From an uncultured bacterium (GTDB taxonomy: Bacteria; Bipolaricaulota; Bipolaricaulia; UBA7950; UBA9294): a stretch of 64,000 nucleotides of DNA. Below the pieces are notes generated by a model. That model was not told the origin of the DNA, ran no database searches, and saw only the letters and a program-made list of their open reading frames with translations. The translations under genes were made by a program, and so were the position numbers. Positions 7,810-17,754 of the stretch are shown one piece after another. The DNA lies in assembly GCA_903857865.1 (NCBI GenBank), contig CAIOGO010000022.1:59176-123175 (forward strand), written 5' to 3'. The first letter of the stretch is position 1; each line of letters opens with the position of its first letter.

Positions 7810-8879
7810 GCTCGGCCCCTCACAGCGTGCGCCCTTCGGCCCTGGAGGCGCCACGCGAACGCGATGACGAACGCAACGGAGAGCCCGATCATTCCCCACT
7901 CGGTCAGGCTTGGCGCGTCGATCGTGCCCGTGAGGGGAATCGGAAGCTCCGACTCCTGCACCGTGACGCACGTCGGGTCATCGTCCTCCGCTGTCGCCGG
8001 GTCGTCGGTGGGCTCGCTCGCGTCGACGGTTCCGTCGCGGTTGGAGTCCCAGCGGACGAAGCCCTGGTTGCAGAGCGCCGTTCCCGCTTCGACATCGTTC
8101 CCGATGCGCGCCTTGAACGTCAGCCGGACCGTGCCGCCGGCCGGGATCGAGCCGTCCCAGACGATCGAGTCGCCGGTTACGGCCGCAGTGCCGCGGTCCG
8201 CCTGGATGAAGCCCGTCGCCGACAGGCCGACGGGCAGCGTGTCGGTGAACTCGTGCTCCGGCCCGTCGGTCAGGTTGGCGCAGCCCTCGTTCACGATGAC
8301 GACCTCATAGCGAATGGTGTCGCCCGGGTTGGGGGTGCCGCCGTCCACGTCGACGGCCGTCTTGGTTGCCTCGACGTAGGGTGCGTTGGGGCGGACGAGG
8401 ACCTCGAACTCCTCTAGGTTGTTGTCCTCGTTCAGTTCCGCGACGGTCCCCCCGGAGTCGGCCCGTACGATGATGCGATGAGTTCCGGGAGGGACTCCGT
8501 CGGTGTCCCATGTGAACGTCAGTCTCACGAACTCGCAGCCGAGGAGCTTGTCGACGTGCCGCGTGGCAATCGGATGCGACGGATCGTCCCAGTAGACCGC
8601 GACATCGAACGGGCCTGCGTCGCCACAGCTCAGGTTGTCGATCGTTACGGTGATCGTCACTTTTCCGCCCTCGCAGACGTCGCCCGACGTCTCCTGGACG
8701 GAAGTTGCACCGCCGGAGAGGACTACGCCGGGGGCGGGGAACCAGAGGTCGGGGGACTTCACGCACGGCTCCTCAGCCGACGCACTGCCTGCCGCGAAGA
8801 GCAGGACGGAGAGCGCAAGCAGCGAACCCACCCCAGACATCCTTCCCCAACGTTCGATTCGCTTGTTCAATTGCACCAC
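7806..8879 (-). CDS. secreted repeat-domain (CARDB/DUF11-like) surface protein with IPTL-CTERM-type (IPTLxxWG) C-terminal sorting signal
   Basis: N-terminal signal peptide (SLLALSVLLFAAGSASA); C-terminus …IDAPSLTEWGMIGLSVAFVIAFAWRLQGRRAHAVRGRA = motif + TM helix + basic cluster. Confidence 0.7.
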   Translation of the reverse strand: MVQLNKRIERWGRMSGVGSLLALSVLLFAAGSASAEEPCVKSPDLWFPAPGVVLSGGATSVQETSGDVCEGGKVTITVTIDNLSCGDAGPFDVAVYWDDPSHPIATRHVDKLLGCEFVRLTFTWDTDGVPPGTHRIIVRADSGGTVAELNEDNNLEEFEVLVRPNAPYVEATKTAVDVDGGTPNPGDTIRYEVVIVNEGCANLTDGPEHEFTDTLPVGLSATGFIQADRGTAAVTGDSIVWDGSIPAGGTVRLTFKARIGNDVEAGTALCNQGFVRWDSNRDGTVDASEPTDDPATAEDDDPTCVTVQESELPIPLTGTIDAPSLTEWGMIGLSVAFVIAFAWRLQGRRAHAVRGRA

Positions 8880-9398
8880 TCCCTTCTCGCGCGCGAGTCT
8901 CGCCTCGTACGGCAGACAGCCGGTGCTGAGACTCCCAGCAAGGCTGACCAGAGGCTAGCTGAGTCCCTCTGTGATGGGCATGACGCTCGACGGCCGGGGG
9001 TGTGATCTTCGTCACAGTGGGAATCGGAACTGATGGGGGGCTGGGAGGTGACCGGTGTCCTGCCTATCCCGCTAGGGCAGCGGGGCACGCGCTCCCTCCA
9101 TGTCCCTCATGCCCCCCCAGTCCTCGCGCTAAGTTCCTAGATGCAAGCGGCAAGAAGCTCTCGAACAACGTGAAGTTGCCGATGGTCTTGGAGTTCTTGT
9201 GGAGCGACTTGCCTGCGGCGAAGCCCAGTTCCTCGCAGGCTGTGCACAACGCAAGCAGGGCGGCGCCAGGGCCAGAACTGCCTGCACAGAGCTGGAAACA
9301 CAGACATAACGCAGACAGGAACGCGATGACCTGCGACTCTGCGGTTTGTCTGGTCTTGCATCGTTGAGGTACTGTTGCCTTGGTATTGGGGGCAAGAC

Positions 9399-9746
9399 AT
9401 GAAATACAGATCGTCGGTGGTGGCGTTCGCCAAGGCGGTAATGTGTGACGCGGCCCAATATCGCGGGGACGAGATTCGCCAGGTCGTGCGGGGAATTGAC
9501 ATGGATTCGGCTTCGTTCAAGAGCGTGCTGGAGCAGGCGCTATCAGCGCACGACGCGGCATTTGTCAAAGCCGCCAAGTCGATCATCCCAGAGGGTGATT
9601 GGCAGGAGATCATCGACTACGTCTGCAAGTACCGTGACACATACGGGTTCGCTTCTCCGGTTCCCGGCACGAACAAGAACGCCCTCCTCTTGTTCCCGTG
9701 GGTGGCCGCAGTCGCGATATGCGCACTAGACGACATCGGGAGGTAG
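9399..9746 (+). CDS. hypothetical protein (lower-GC islet)
   Basis: ORF MKYRSSVVAFAKAVMCDAAQ…; local GC clearly below the window average; no recognisable domain. Confidence 0.3.
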   Translation: MKYRSSVVAFAKAVMCDAAQYRGDEIRQVVRGIDMDSASFKSVLEQALSAHDAAFVKAAKSIIPEGDWQEIIDYVCKYRDTYGFASPVPGTNKNALLLFPWVAAVAICALDDIGR

Positions 9747-9927
9747 AGAATGGGACAGGACGAGGACAAGAAGACAGTCGAAGGACAGCCTCTGGGTACG
9801 GGGCATGCCCACCAGGGAACGCGGCAAGAGAAGATCTTGACTGGCTCGGAAGAGGTCAGGAAGCTAGCAGAGGACTTCGAGTACAGGCCCCCAAGAAACC
9901 TCAGGCCAATCCTCCCAGAAGAGAACG

Positions 9928-10560
9928 CTACTCAGGCTTCCGCCCATCAAGAAACTCAACAAGAGCCACCTCCGCAGAAGGAGTGATGAGAATGCCGGGG
10001 CCATCGTGGGCGCTCTTCACCATGCTGCCTGCGGCGTAGATCGTCACGGGCTCGCCGCCGATCGGACCACGCACAAGATAGATGCTCGTCTGGGTTCCCG
10101 AAGCCGAATAGTACTTCGGGACGCCCATGATTCGGCGGCCGTCCTTCAGGTGAACAAGAGCCCATGCCCCCGCCTCTTCCGCGTGCTGGAACGCATCGAC
10201 CCACGTGTTCACGGTACCCTTCTTGGACCATCTTGACCTGAATAGCAGGGCCTGCCACAGCTTCCGCAACCAAGCCGCTCCCGTGAGAGCGCCAAGCAGG
10301 AGCGCCAGCGCCACGGCCACCGGAATAGTCATGGGGTTGAATGACGTCTTGATCGGGAACGGAGTCATTCCAAGCGGCTGGAGCGCAAGCAGTGCGCAGA
10401 AGATAACTGCATCATAGACGGCCGCCGAGACTAGTAGGCGCTTCACATCTCGTTCTCCCGTCTCCAATAGGGCATCACGGATGAGAACGGCGATTAGGCC
10501 GGGCAGCAAGGCCAGTCCCGCGAGTATGGCCGCAGTTCCAGACAGCTGTAGGTCCCACAA
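9928..10560 (-). CDS. hypothetical membrane protein (3-4 N-terminal TM helices + ~110-aa soluble C-terminal domain)
   Basis: 210-aa ORF in the lower-GC islet; no recognisable family. Confidence 0.45.
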   Translation of the reverse strand: MWDLQLSGTAAILAGLALLPGLIAVLIRDALLETGERDVKRLLVSAAVYDAVIFCALLALQPLGMTPFPIKTSFNPMTIPVAVALALLLGALTGAAWLRKLWQALLFRSRWSKKGTVNTWVDAFQHAEEAGAWALVHLKDGRRIMGVPKYYSASGTQTSIYLVRGPIGGEPVTIYAAGSMVKSAHDGPGILITPSAEVALVEFLDGRKPE

Positions 10561-10569
10561 ATTCCCCTC

Positions 10570-11928
10570 CTACGTGGCTAACCACGAACGAGCATCGGCT
10601 ACGACGCGGCGGCAGAGATCGGCCGAGAGACCGACATAGTCCGTTGGTCGCAGCTCGAGCAGGCGACGCTTCGTCTCCTGCGGCACGTCGAGTGACTTGA
10701 GCCAGGCGTGCAGGTCGCCGAGTTGAAGGGCGCGACCTCGAGTGGCCTCGCGAAGCTTCTCGTAGGGATCCTCGAGTCCTACGGCGCGCAAGATCGTCTG
10801 GTACGCCTCGGTCAGCGTCTCCGGCGTGGCGTCGACGCGCTCACGGGCGGCGCGCTCGTCGAGCGAGACGCGGCCAAGGCCCTTGAGAGTCTGCTCCGCT
10901 GCCAAGTACGCGTGCGCTAGGGCGACGCCAATGGTGCGCTTGACGGAGGAGTCGGAGAGGTCGCGCTGCATCCGGGAGTGCGTCAGCTTGTCGGAGAGAG
11001 TGTGGAGTAGCGCGGTGGACACCGTCAGGTTCCCTTCGCTGTTCTCGAAGTGGATCGGGTTCACCTTGTGAGGCATCGTCGACGAGCCGACCTCGCCGGG
11101 AACCGCAGCCTGAACGACATCGCCGTGCGAGATGTACTCCCACATGTCGAGATCGAGGTCGAAGAGAACGCCGTTGATGCGCGAGACCATGCCGAAGTAC
11201 TCGGCGAGCCCGTCGCCGTCGTCGATCTGCGTTGTGCACGGGATGGGGTCCAGGCCCAGCGACTGGACGAACCGTTCCGAGAAGGCGATCCAGTCGTTCT
11301 GCGGGAACGCCGTCGCAAGCGCGGCGTGCGTGCCCGTCGCTCCGGCGAACTTGCCGCGGAAGCGGAAGCGCTCAAGCGCGCGCCCCTGGCGCACGAGGCG
11401 CGCGATGAAGACGGCGAGCTCTTTGCCGAACGTGGTCGGCGACGCGGGTTGCCCGTGAGTGCGGGCCGGGAAGGGCGCATCGGCCCATCGCTCCGCGTAG
11501 GTCGCGAGAAGGTCGATCAGCCGTCGTAGTTGCGGAATCTGCTCGCGATCCCGGTAGCGCGAGAAGAGGCGTCCGTAGGCGAGGTTCGTGACGTCTTCGG
11601 AGGTGAGGCCGAAGTGGATGAGGTTCGGGTGAGCCAGCCCAAGCTTCTCGCGCAAGAAGAGCTCGCAGGCCTTCACGTCGTGCTGGGTCGTCTTCTCGAT
11701 CGTCTTGATGCGCGCGAACTCCTCGTCCGACAGCTGGCCGATTGCGCACTTCACGCGGGCTCTTTCGTCCTTTGACAGCCGCGGCAGGAGCGCGGTCTCG
11801 TCGAGCGCGAGGAGGTAGGAGACTTCCACCTCGCAGCGAGCCTGCATCAGGGCGTGCTCCGAGAAGTACTCGCCGAGGTGGCCCACCACGCCGGCGTACC
11901 GTCCGTCGAGCGGCGAGATCTCATGCAT
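10570..11928 (-). CDS. purB: adenylosuccinate lyase
   Basis: MHEISPLDGRY start; fumarate-lyase signature GSSTMPHKVNP; full-length PurB-like (453 aa); the track ORF has a spurious N-terminal extension. Confidence 0.9.
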   Translation of the reverse strand: MHEISPLDGRYAGVVGHLGEYFSEHALMQARCEVEVSYLLALDETALLPRLSKDERARVKCAIGQLSDEEFARIKTIEKTTQHDVKACELFLREKLGLAHPNLIHFGLTSEDVTNLAYGRLFSRYRDREQIPQLRRLIDLLATYAERWADAPFPARTHGQPASPTTFGKELAVFIARLVRQGRALERFRFRGKFAGATGTHAALATAFPQNDWIAFSERFVQSLGLDPIPCTTQIDDGDGLAEYFGMVSRINGVLFDLDLDMWEYISHGDVVQAAVPGEVGSSTMPHKVNPIHFENSEGNLTVSTALLHTLSDKLTHSRMQRDLSDSSVKRTIGVALAHAYLAAEQTLKGLGRVSLDERAARERVDATPETLTEAYQTILRAVGLEDPYEKLREATRGRALQLGDLHAWLKSLDVPQETKRRLLELRPTDYVGLSADLCRRVVADARSWLAT

Positions 11929-11936
11929 GGCGCCTC

Positions 11937-13427
11937 CTACGTGCTCCAACTGGAGAGCGAATCGGCCTCGGCGCCGAGCTGCAGAATGTCGTGCACCTTG
12001 CCTTCGCGGATGGAAAGCGCGGACACGAGCTCCAATTCCGCGCTTGCATGCAACTCGGCGATCGTCGCGCAGCCGCACGACGCCACCGCCGCCTTCACCT
12101 TGCTAACGAGAAGGGCCACGTTCTCGTGCAGCTTCCCGGCGTACTCGACGAACCCCTCCACGCCCTCCACGAAGGCGGCCTGCCGGTAGCGAGCCGGACT
12201 CCACTCGCGCGCCCGTGCCGATCCTTCGCCCCAGTAGGGCTTCATCACGCGATCGTTGATCCGCACGGTCTCCGTTGGCGATTCCTCCATGCGTGCGAAG
12301 AAGCGGCCCATCATCACGGCGTCCGCACCTAGGGCGAGGGCGATGATGACGTCCTTCGAGTTCACGATGCCTCCGTCGGCAATGACAGGAACATGGATCC
12401 CGGTTCGCGCGCGGTGGCGATCCCGCGCTTCGACGACCTTCATCACCGCGGTGGCGAGGCCGCGTCCGGTGCCCTTCTGCTCCTGGGTAATGCAGATCGA
12501 CCCTCCGCCCATGCCCACTTTGACCGCTCCTGCGCCGGACGCGACGAGGTAGTCGAATCCTTCGCCGGTGATCACGTTCCCGCCAACGACGGGAAGGCTT
12601 GGAACACGGCGGCGAATCCATTCGATCGTTTCGCGCTGGAAGACGGAGTGTCCGTCCGAGGAGTCGATGACCAAGACGTCGACTCCTGCCTCGACGAGCG
12701 CCGGGACTCGTTCGTGGTAGTCGTGGGTGTTGATCGCGGCCACGGCGAGGAGCCGTTTCCTTTCGTCGACGACCTGGTCGGGGTTGTCGAGGTGGTCCTC
12801 GATGTCCTTGCGGAAGACGAGCGACAAGAGCCGGTCCTCGGGATCCACGATCGGGAGCACGGAGCGGTGGCCTTCGATGAGGAGCTCGTTCGCTTCCCCG
12901 AGATCGGTGATCCCGACGCCGACATCGAGCTGCGCGCGTGGAACCATCCGCTCCTTGGCCGGGACGTCGGCATGAATGCGCGCGTCGTAGTCCCGGCGAG
13001 TGATCAAGCCGAGAAGACGGCCATCATCGTCGACGACGGGGAACGTCGAGAATCCCTCCTGGCGCCGCAGAGCGTCGACCTCGCACAGCAGCGTCTCCGG
13101 ACGGATGGTTCGCGGCTCGACGAAGCCCGCCTTGTGGGCCTTGATCTTCGCCGCCATGGCGGCCTCGTCCTCTATCGCTTGCGAGCAGAAGATGACGGCC
13201 GCGCCTCCCAGCTTGGCCAACTCGATGCCCATCCGCGGACCGGACACCGACTGCATGGCCGCCGCAAGGACCGGCGTCTTGAGGAGGACGGCGCTGCCGT
13301 CCGGGCGAAGAACGAGCGGGCTGGCCAGTGTGACCCTGTCGATGGAGGTTTCGCTCGTTGTGAGGCCCGGCAGGAGCCGGAACTCGGTCAACGTTCTTGA
13401 GGGTTCCATGTGTACGCGACGTGCCAT
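11937..13427 (-). CDS. guaB: IMP dehydrogenase family protein
   Basis: TIM-barrel IMPDH motifs incl. catalytic-Cys loop GGGSICITQE and a CBS-like insert; start may be 13409 (MEPSRT) rather than 13427. Confidence 0.75.
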   Translation of the reverse strand: MARRVHMEPSRTLTEFRLLPGLTTSETSIDRVTLASPLVLRPDGSAVLLKTPVLAAAMQSVSGPRMGIELAKLGGAAVIFCSQAIEDEAAMAAKIKAHKAGFVEPRTIRPETLLCEVDALRRQEGFSTFPVVDDDGRLLGLITRRDYDARIHADVPAKERMVPRAQLDVGVGITDLGEANELLIEGHRSVLPIVDPEDRLLSLVFRKDIEDHLDNPDQVVDERKRLLAVAAINTHDYHERVPALVEAGVDVLVIDSSDGHSVFQRETIEWIRRRVPSLPVVGGNVITGEGFDYLVASGAGAVKVGMGGGSICITQEQKGTGRGLATAVMKVVEARDRHRARTGIHVPVIADGGIVNSKDVIIALALGADAVMMGRFFARMEESPTETVRINDRVMKPYWGEGSARAREWSPARYRQAAFVEGVEGFVEYAGKLHENVALLVSKVKAAVASCGCATIAELHASAELELVSALSIREGKVHDILQLGAEADSLSSWST

Positions 13428-13587
13428 CGTGCCTCCCGGGTCTTCCGCCTTCCTTTGTACTCAGGGGGAGTCTGCGCTGCAAGAACCGGACCCTCGATGG
13501 GCCGCGCGTCGCCGCGAGAAGGAGAACGCGGCTGGTGCAGTCGGCGAAAGGAATCTCTCGTCGCCGCGGCCGGCCGCGCGGATGAGC

Positions 13588-14877
13588 CTACGCTCCAGCG
13601 CCGCAGGGTTTCGCCATGCGGGCCTCGAACTCCTCGCGGAACGAGTCCACGGCCGTCTGAATGGGAAGAATCGGCGACTGGCCGAGCGGGCAGAGAGATG
13701 TCGCTTGCATCGTCCTCGCCACCTCAACGAGTCGCTCGAGATCGTCGGCGGTTGCCGCGCCGCTCCGGATCCGCTCCGACAGAGTGACCAGAACCGAGGC
13801 ACCCACTCGACAGGGAACGCACTGCCCGCACGACTCATGGCGGAAGAATCGCAGAATTCCGTGCAGGAGCTCGACGACGGATGCATCCTCGTCGAGCACA
13901 AGGATGGCTCCGGATCCAAGCACCCCGCCGCGCTCTTTGGCACCGTCGAAGTCCATCGGCATCTCGAGGGCGCCGGGTCCAACGATCGCTCCGGCCGCGC
14001 CTCCGAGCAGAGCAGCCTTGAACCGCTTCCCAGCACGGATCCCGCCTCCGAATGCCTCAATGAGCGTGCGGAGAGGGGTCCCCATCTCCACTTCCACTGC
14101 CTTCGGAGTCTCAACGTCTCCCAGGATCTGGAACACCTTGGTCCCGGGGCTCGAGGCCGTCCCGAAGCCGCGGAACCAGTCCGCGCCACGCGCGATGATG
14201 GCGGGCACGTTGGCCAGGGTCTCGACGTTGTTCACCACGGTCGGCTTCTTCCACAGGCCGACCGAGCCCGGATACGGCGGCTTGAGGCGCGGATAGCCGC
14301 GCTTGCCCTCGATGGATTCGATGAGCGACGTTTCTTCGCCGCAGACGTAGGCGCCGGCGCCCTTCTTGACTTCGATGTCAAACGCGAAGCTGGAGCCGAG
14401 AACGGCGTCCCCAAGATACCCGCCAGCGCGGGCATCGTCGATCGCCTTCTGGATCCGGCGGATGGAGAGGCTGTACTCGCCGCGGATGTACACGTAGCCC
14501 TTGGAGGCTCCGACGGCGTACCCGGCCAGCATCATGCCCTCTAGGAGCTTGTGCGGATCCCCTTCGAGGATAAGTCGATCCTTGAAGGTTCCCGGCTCGC
14601 CCTCGTCTGCGTTGCAGACGATGTACTTGACATCGCCCGGCGCGGTGAACGACCACTTCACGCCGGTCGGAAAGCCGGCGCCGCCGCGCCCGCGCAGTCC
14701 CGAGCGTTTGATCTCGGCGGTGATCTCGGCGGACGGCCGCTTCTCGCGGACAACCTGGGTGACGGCCTTGTACGCGCCGGCCTTCACGGCCTCGCTCAGG
14801 CTTTCCGGATCGATCCGGCCGCAGTTCTCAAGCACGATCCGCGTCTCTTTCGCGGGGGCGCGGCTACCTGGTTGCAT
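13588..14877 (-). CDS. hoxF: NAD(P)H-binding flavoprotein subunit of the bidirectional hydrogenase diaphorase (NuoF-like)
   Basis: RGRGGAGFPTG FMN/NAD motif; C-terminal 4Fe-4S Cys cluster ESCGQCVPCR. Confidence 0.8.
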   Translation of the reverse strand: MQPGSRAPAKETRIVLENCGRIDPESLSEAVKAGAYKAVTQVVREKRPSAEITAEIKRSGLRGRGGAGFPTGVKWSFTAPGDVKYIVCNADEGEPGTFKDRLILEGDPHKLLEGMMLAGYAVGASKGYVYIRGEYSLSIRRIQKAIDDARAGGYLGDAVLGSSFAFDIEVKKGAGAYVCGEETSLIESIEGKRGYPRLKPPYPGSVGLWKKPTVVNNVETLANVPAIIARGADWFRGFGTASSPGTKVFQILGDVETPKAVEVEMGTPLRTLIEAFGGGIRAGKRFKAALLGGAAGAIVGPGALEMPMDFDGAKERGGVLGSGAILVLDEDASVVELLHGILRFFRHESCGQCVPCRVGASVLVTLSERIRSGAATADDLERLVEVARTMQATSLCPLGQSPILPIQTAVDSFREEFEARMAKPCGAGA

Positions 14878-15325
14878 CGCTCCTCCTCACCTCGGCGATC
14901 ACGCTCAGCACCTTCTCCTTCGTCAGGGCTCCATAGATCCTGTCGTCCACCATCATCGCCGGTCCCTCCGCGCAGGCGCCGAGGCAGCTCGTGGTCTCCA
15001 GCGTGAACGCGCCGTCGGGCGCCGTCTCGCCGACCGCGACGCCGAGATCCTCAGCGAGGATGTCGAGAAGAGTCTCGCCTCCCAAGAGTTGGCATGGCGG
15101 AGACTCGCACAGGCGGATGATGTGCCGGCCGCGCGGCATTCGGCTGTACATCGTGTAGAACGTCGCCGTGCTCACGACCTCCGACAGCGGAGCGCCAAGG
15201 TACTCGGCCGCCGCCTGCAGCGCCTCGTCCGACAGGTGGTGCTGCGGATCCGCGTCTTGGATCGCGTGCAGGATGTCCAAGAGGGACTCCATCGACCGGG
15301 GAAACTTCCGCAAGAGCTCGTTCAC
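14864..15325 (-). CDS. hoxE: NuoE-like 2Fe-2S thioredoxin-fold subunit of the diaphorase
   Basis: CESPPC…C.GAC 2Fe-2S pattern; sits between the hydrogenase protease gene and hoxF. Confidence 0.7.
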   Translation of the reverse strand: MNELLRKFPRSMESLLDILHAIQDADPQHHLSDEALQAAAEYLGAPLSEVVSTATFYTMYSRMPRGRHIIRLCESPPCQLLGGETLLDILAEDLGVAVGETAPDGAFTLETTSCLGACAEGPAMMVDDRIYGALTKEKVLSVIAEVRRSDATR

Positions 15326-15777
15326 GCATCCTCCTCAAGCACACCACCATGCGGTGCTGAACAGCCGAGCCAGCGGAGCGCCATCCGGCGCGCCTCGGGT
15401 ACCGCGCACTCGGCCTCCGGGCTGAGAGATTCGCCGAACGGAAACGCTCGTGCCGGCACCGTGAGCAGCCACCCCTCGGGCGCCCGGCCGTGGACCAGCC
15501 TCGTCCATTGCAGGAGCGCCTCGGGCGACAGCGCGTGCCCAAGAAGCGCGGCCTCCGCCGCGGGCTCAAGCGGGGACAACCGGACCGTGTCGTCCGTGGC
15601 GTGCGCGTCGATGAAGAGCACGCGTTCAGCGTCGCGCAATCGATCCGCAAGCTCCGGGGTCAATTGATGGACCGCGATGGTCTCCGCGTCCGGCCGCGGC
15701 GGAAGAGCCCCGACGACGCGGATTCCTACGCCGTCGTCGCCTCGCAACTCGTTTCCGATGCCCACGATGAGGTCCAT
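15322..15777 (-). CDS. hoxW: hydrogenase maturation (C-terminal processing) protease
   Basis: N-terminal GIGNELRGDDGVG motif typical of HycI/HoxW proteases. Confidence 0.75.
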   Translation of the reverse strand: MDLIVGIGNELRGDDGVGIRVVGALPPRPDAETIAVHQLTPELADRLRDAERVLFIDAHATDDTVRLSPLEPAAEAALLGHALSPEALLQWTRLVHGRAPEGWLLTVPARAFPFGESLSPEAECAVPEARRMALRWLGCSAPHGGVLEEDA

Positions 15778-15781
15778 GTCT

Positions 15782-17200
15782 CTAGTCCCGCGAGAGCGTC
15801 GCCTCCACTTCGCCCTGCGCGTTCACGATCTCGACGCGCAGCGGCATCCGCCCCACCGCGTGGACCGAGCAGGACAGGCAGGGGTCGTAGGCGCGGATCC
15901 CGCCCTCGATGCGGTTGAGGATTCCCTCGCTTACCTTCCCCTTCTTGATGTAGATCTTGGCGATCTCCCGGATCGCGCGGTTCATCGCCAGATTGTTGTG
16001 ACCGGTCGACACGATGAGGTTCAGCTTCTCGATGATGCCGTTCTGGTCGACCCAGTAGTGGTGAATGAGGGTCCCACGCGGCGCCTCATGGACTCCGACG
16101 CCCTCGCGAGCGTTCACGCCCGCCTCGGCGCGGATCGCCGGGGAGGTGATACGGTCGTCTGCCAGGAGTTCGGCCATCTCCTCGATCGCGGCGAGGATCT
16201 CGATCAGGCGCGCGTAGTGGTAGTCGAACACGCGCCCCGACCGGCCGCCCGATTGCGCGCGGAACTCCTCGAGCTCGGCCTGGGCGAGAGGTGTATCGAA
16301 TCGGTCGCAGGCGTTGATGCGCCCGAGAGGTCCGACGCGGTACATGCCTTCCGGGTACCCCATCGGTTGGTAGTAGGGGAACTTGAGGTAGGTCCAGGGC
16401 TCCGACGCTTCCTGGATAATCTCCGCGTACTGAGCCGGGTTGTGCTCGCGAACGACCCGCCCCTTGGCGTCGACGATGCGCAACACGCCCTCGTAGTGCT
16501 CCCAGGCGCCATCCTGACGCACGAGTCCCATGTAGAGGCTCGGGTAGTCGCCGAGCACGTCGCGTTCCTTCGTATCTCCGAATGCGGACTTGAACAGGGC
16601 CAGCGTCTCCTGGATCGTGGTCCGGGCCTCGGGCAGCCTTTCGGTCATCCAGGCGCGGTCTTCCTGCGACAGCGCTTGGTTTACGCCGCCCGGCACGGCC
16701 CACGCGGGATGGATGCGCTTCCCGCCAAGGCGGTCGATGGCCTCTTGGCCGAACGCGCGCAGGCGGATTCCCTTCCGCGCGAGGTCCGGGCGCGCGGCGA
16801 TGAGCCCGACGACGTTGCGCGTTGCCGGATCGCAGTCCCACCCGAGGAGGAAGTCCGGCGCCGAGAGGTAGAAGAAGCTGAGGGCGTGGGACTGTACGAG
16901 CTGAGCGAGGTTCATCAGGCGTCGTAGGAGTTGGGCCGTCTCCGGAATCCTGACCGCCAGAATCGCGTCGCAGGCCTTCGCCGATGCCAGGATGTGGCTG
17001 ACTGGGCAAATGCCGCAGATCCTCGCGGTGAGGCCAGGCATCTCCCACATCGTGCGGCCAACGCAGAACTGCTCGAACCCGCGGAGCTCCGTGACGTGGA
17101 ACTGCGCGTCGCGGACATCGCCCGCCGAATCCAGGAACACGGTGATCTTGCCGTGACCCTCGATGCGCGTCACCGGTTCAATGTGAATCTGCCTTTCCAT
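15782..17200 (-). CDS. hoxH: [NiFe] hydrogenase large subunit (group 3, bidirectional type)
   Basis: N-terminal [10 protein letters not shown] and C-terminal DPCLSCSVH Ni-Fe-binding motifs followed by a ~25-aa tail cleaved by the protease; ATG at 17200. Confidence 0.85.
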   Translation of the reverse strand: MERQIHIEPVTRIEGHGKITVFLDSAGDVRDAQFHVTELRGFEQFCVGRTMWEMPGLTARICGICPVSHILASAKACDAILAVRIPETAQLLRRLMNLAQLVQSHALSFFYLSAPDFLLGWDCDPATRNVVGLIAARPDLARKGIRLRAFGQEAIDRLGGKRIHPAWAVPGGVNQALSQEDRAWMTERLPEARTTIQETLALFKSAFGDTKERDVLGDYPSLYMGLVRQDGAWEHYEGVLRIVDAKGRVVREHNPAQYAEIIQEASEPWTYLKFPYYQPMGYPEGMYRVGPLGRINACDRFDTPLAQAELEEFRAQSGGRSGRVFDYHYARLIEILAAIEEMAELLADDRITSPAIRAEAGVNAREGVGVHEAPRGTLIHHYWVDQNGIIEKLNLIVSTGHNNLAMNRAIREIAKIYIKKGKVSEGILNRIEGGIRAYDPCLSCSVHAVGRMPLRVEIVNAQGEVEATLSRD

Positions 17201-17217
17201 CGTTCCTGTCCTTCTGG

Positions 17218-17754
17218 CTATCCGAACTTGAGGTCGGAGCCGACGAGCTCCGGGGTTTCTCCGTCGAGCAGCGCGAGAATCACCTTGGCGATCAGCCCGG
17301 CTGGCGGCGGACACCCATGCACGAAGAAGTCCACGGGAATCACCTCAGCGAGCGGCGAAACGCGCCCGAGCAGCCGCGGAACCACGTCGAACGGCAGGGC
17401 GCCGTTGGACGTTGCCGGCGAGCCATAGATCGCTTGGATCATCTGGTTGGAGTCGAAGCCGTTGCGCAGCGCCGGCACGTTGCCCGTGACCGCGCAGTCC
17501 CCCAACGCTACGATGATCTTCGACTTCTCGCGCGCCGTGCGCACGAGGTGCAGGTGCTCCTCGTTTGCGACGGCGCCCTCGATCAACGTCACGTCGACAC
17601 CATCCTCGGGAAACGCTTTGAGATCCGTCAACGGGCTGTTGCGGAGGTCGATGCGCGCCGCGAGGTCGATCAGCGTCTCGTCGATATCAAGGAGCGACAT
17701 GTGACAGCCGGCGCACCCGCTGAACCACATCGTCGCGACTCGAACCTTAGCCAT
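17218..17754 (-). CDS. hoxY: [NiFe] hydrogenase small subunit (NuoB-like)
   Basis: [10 protein letters not shown]…GDCA…HGCPP Cys pattern of HoxY/20-kDa subunit family. Confidence 0.8.
   Translation of the reverse strand: MAKVRVATMWFSGCAGCHMSLLDIDETLIDLAARIDLRNSPLTDLKAFPEDGVDVTLIEGAVANEEHLHLVRTAREKSKIIVALGDCAVTGNVPALRNGFDSNQMIQAIYGSPATSNGALPFDVVPRLLGRVSPLAEVIPVDFFVHGCPPPAGLIAKVILALLDGETPELVGSDLKFG

Noticed and set aside
9750-9986. 78-aa plus-strand ORF (MGQDEDKKTVEG…)
   Set aside because: Low-complexity, Gln/Glu/Pro-rich, and overlaps the 3' end of the convergent membrane gene by 58 bp; probably not a gene.
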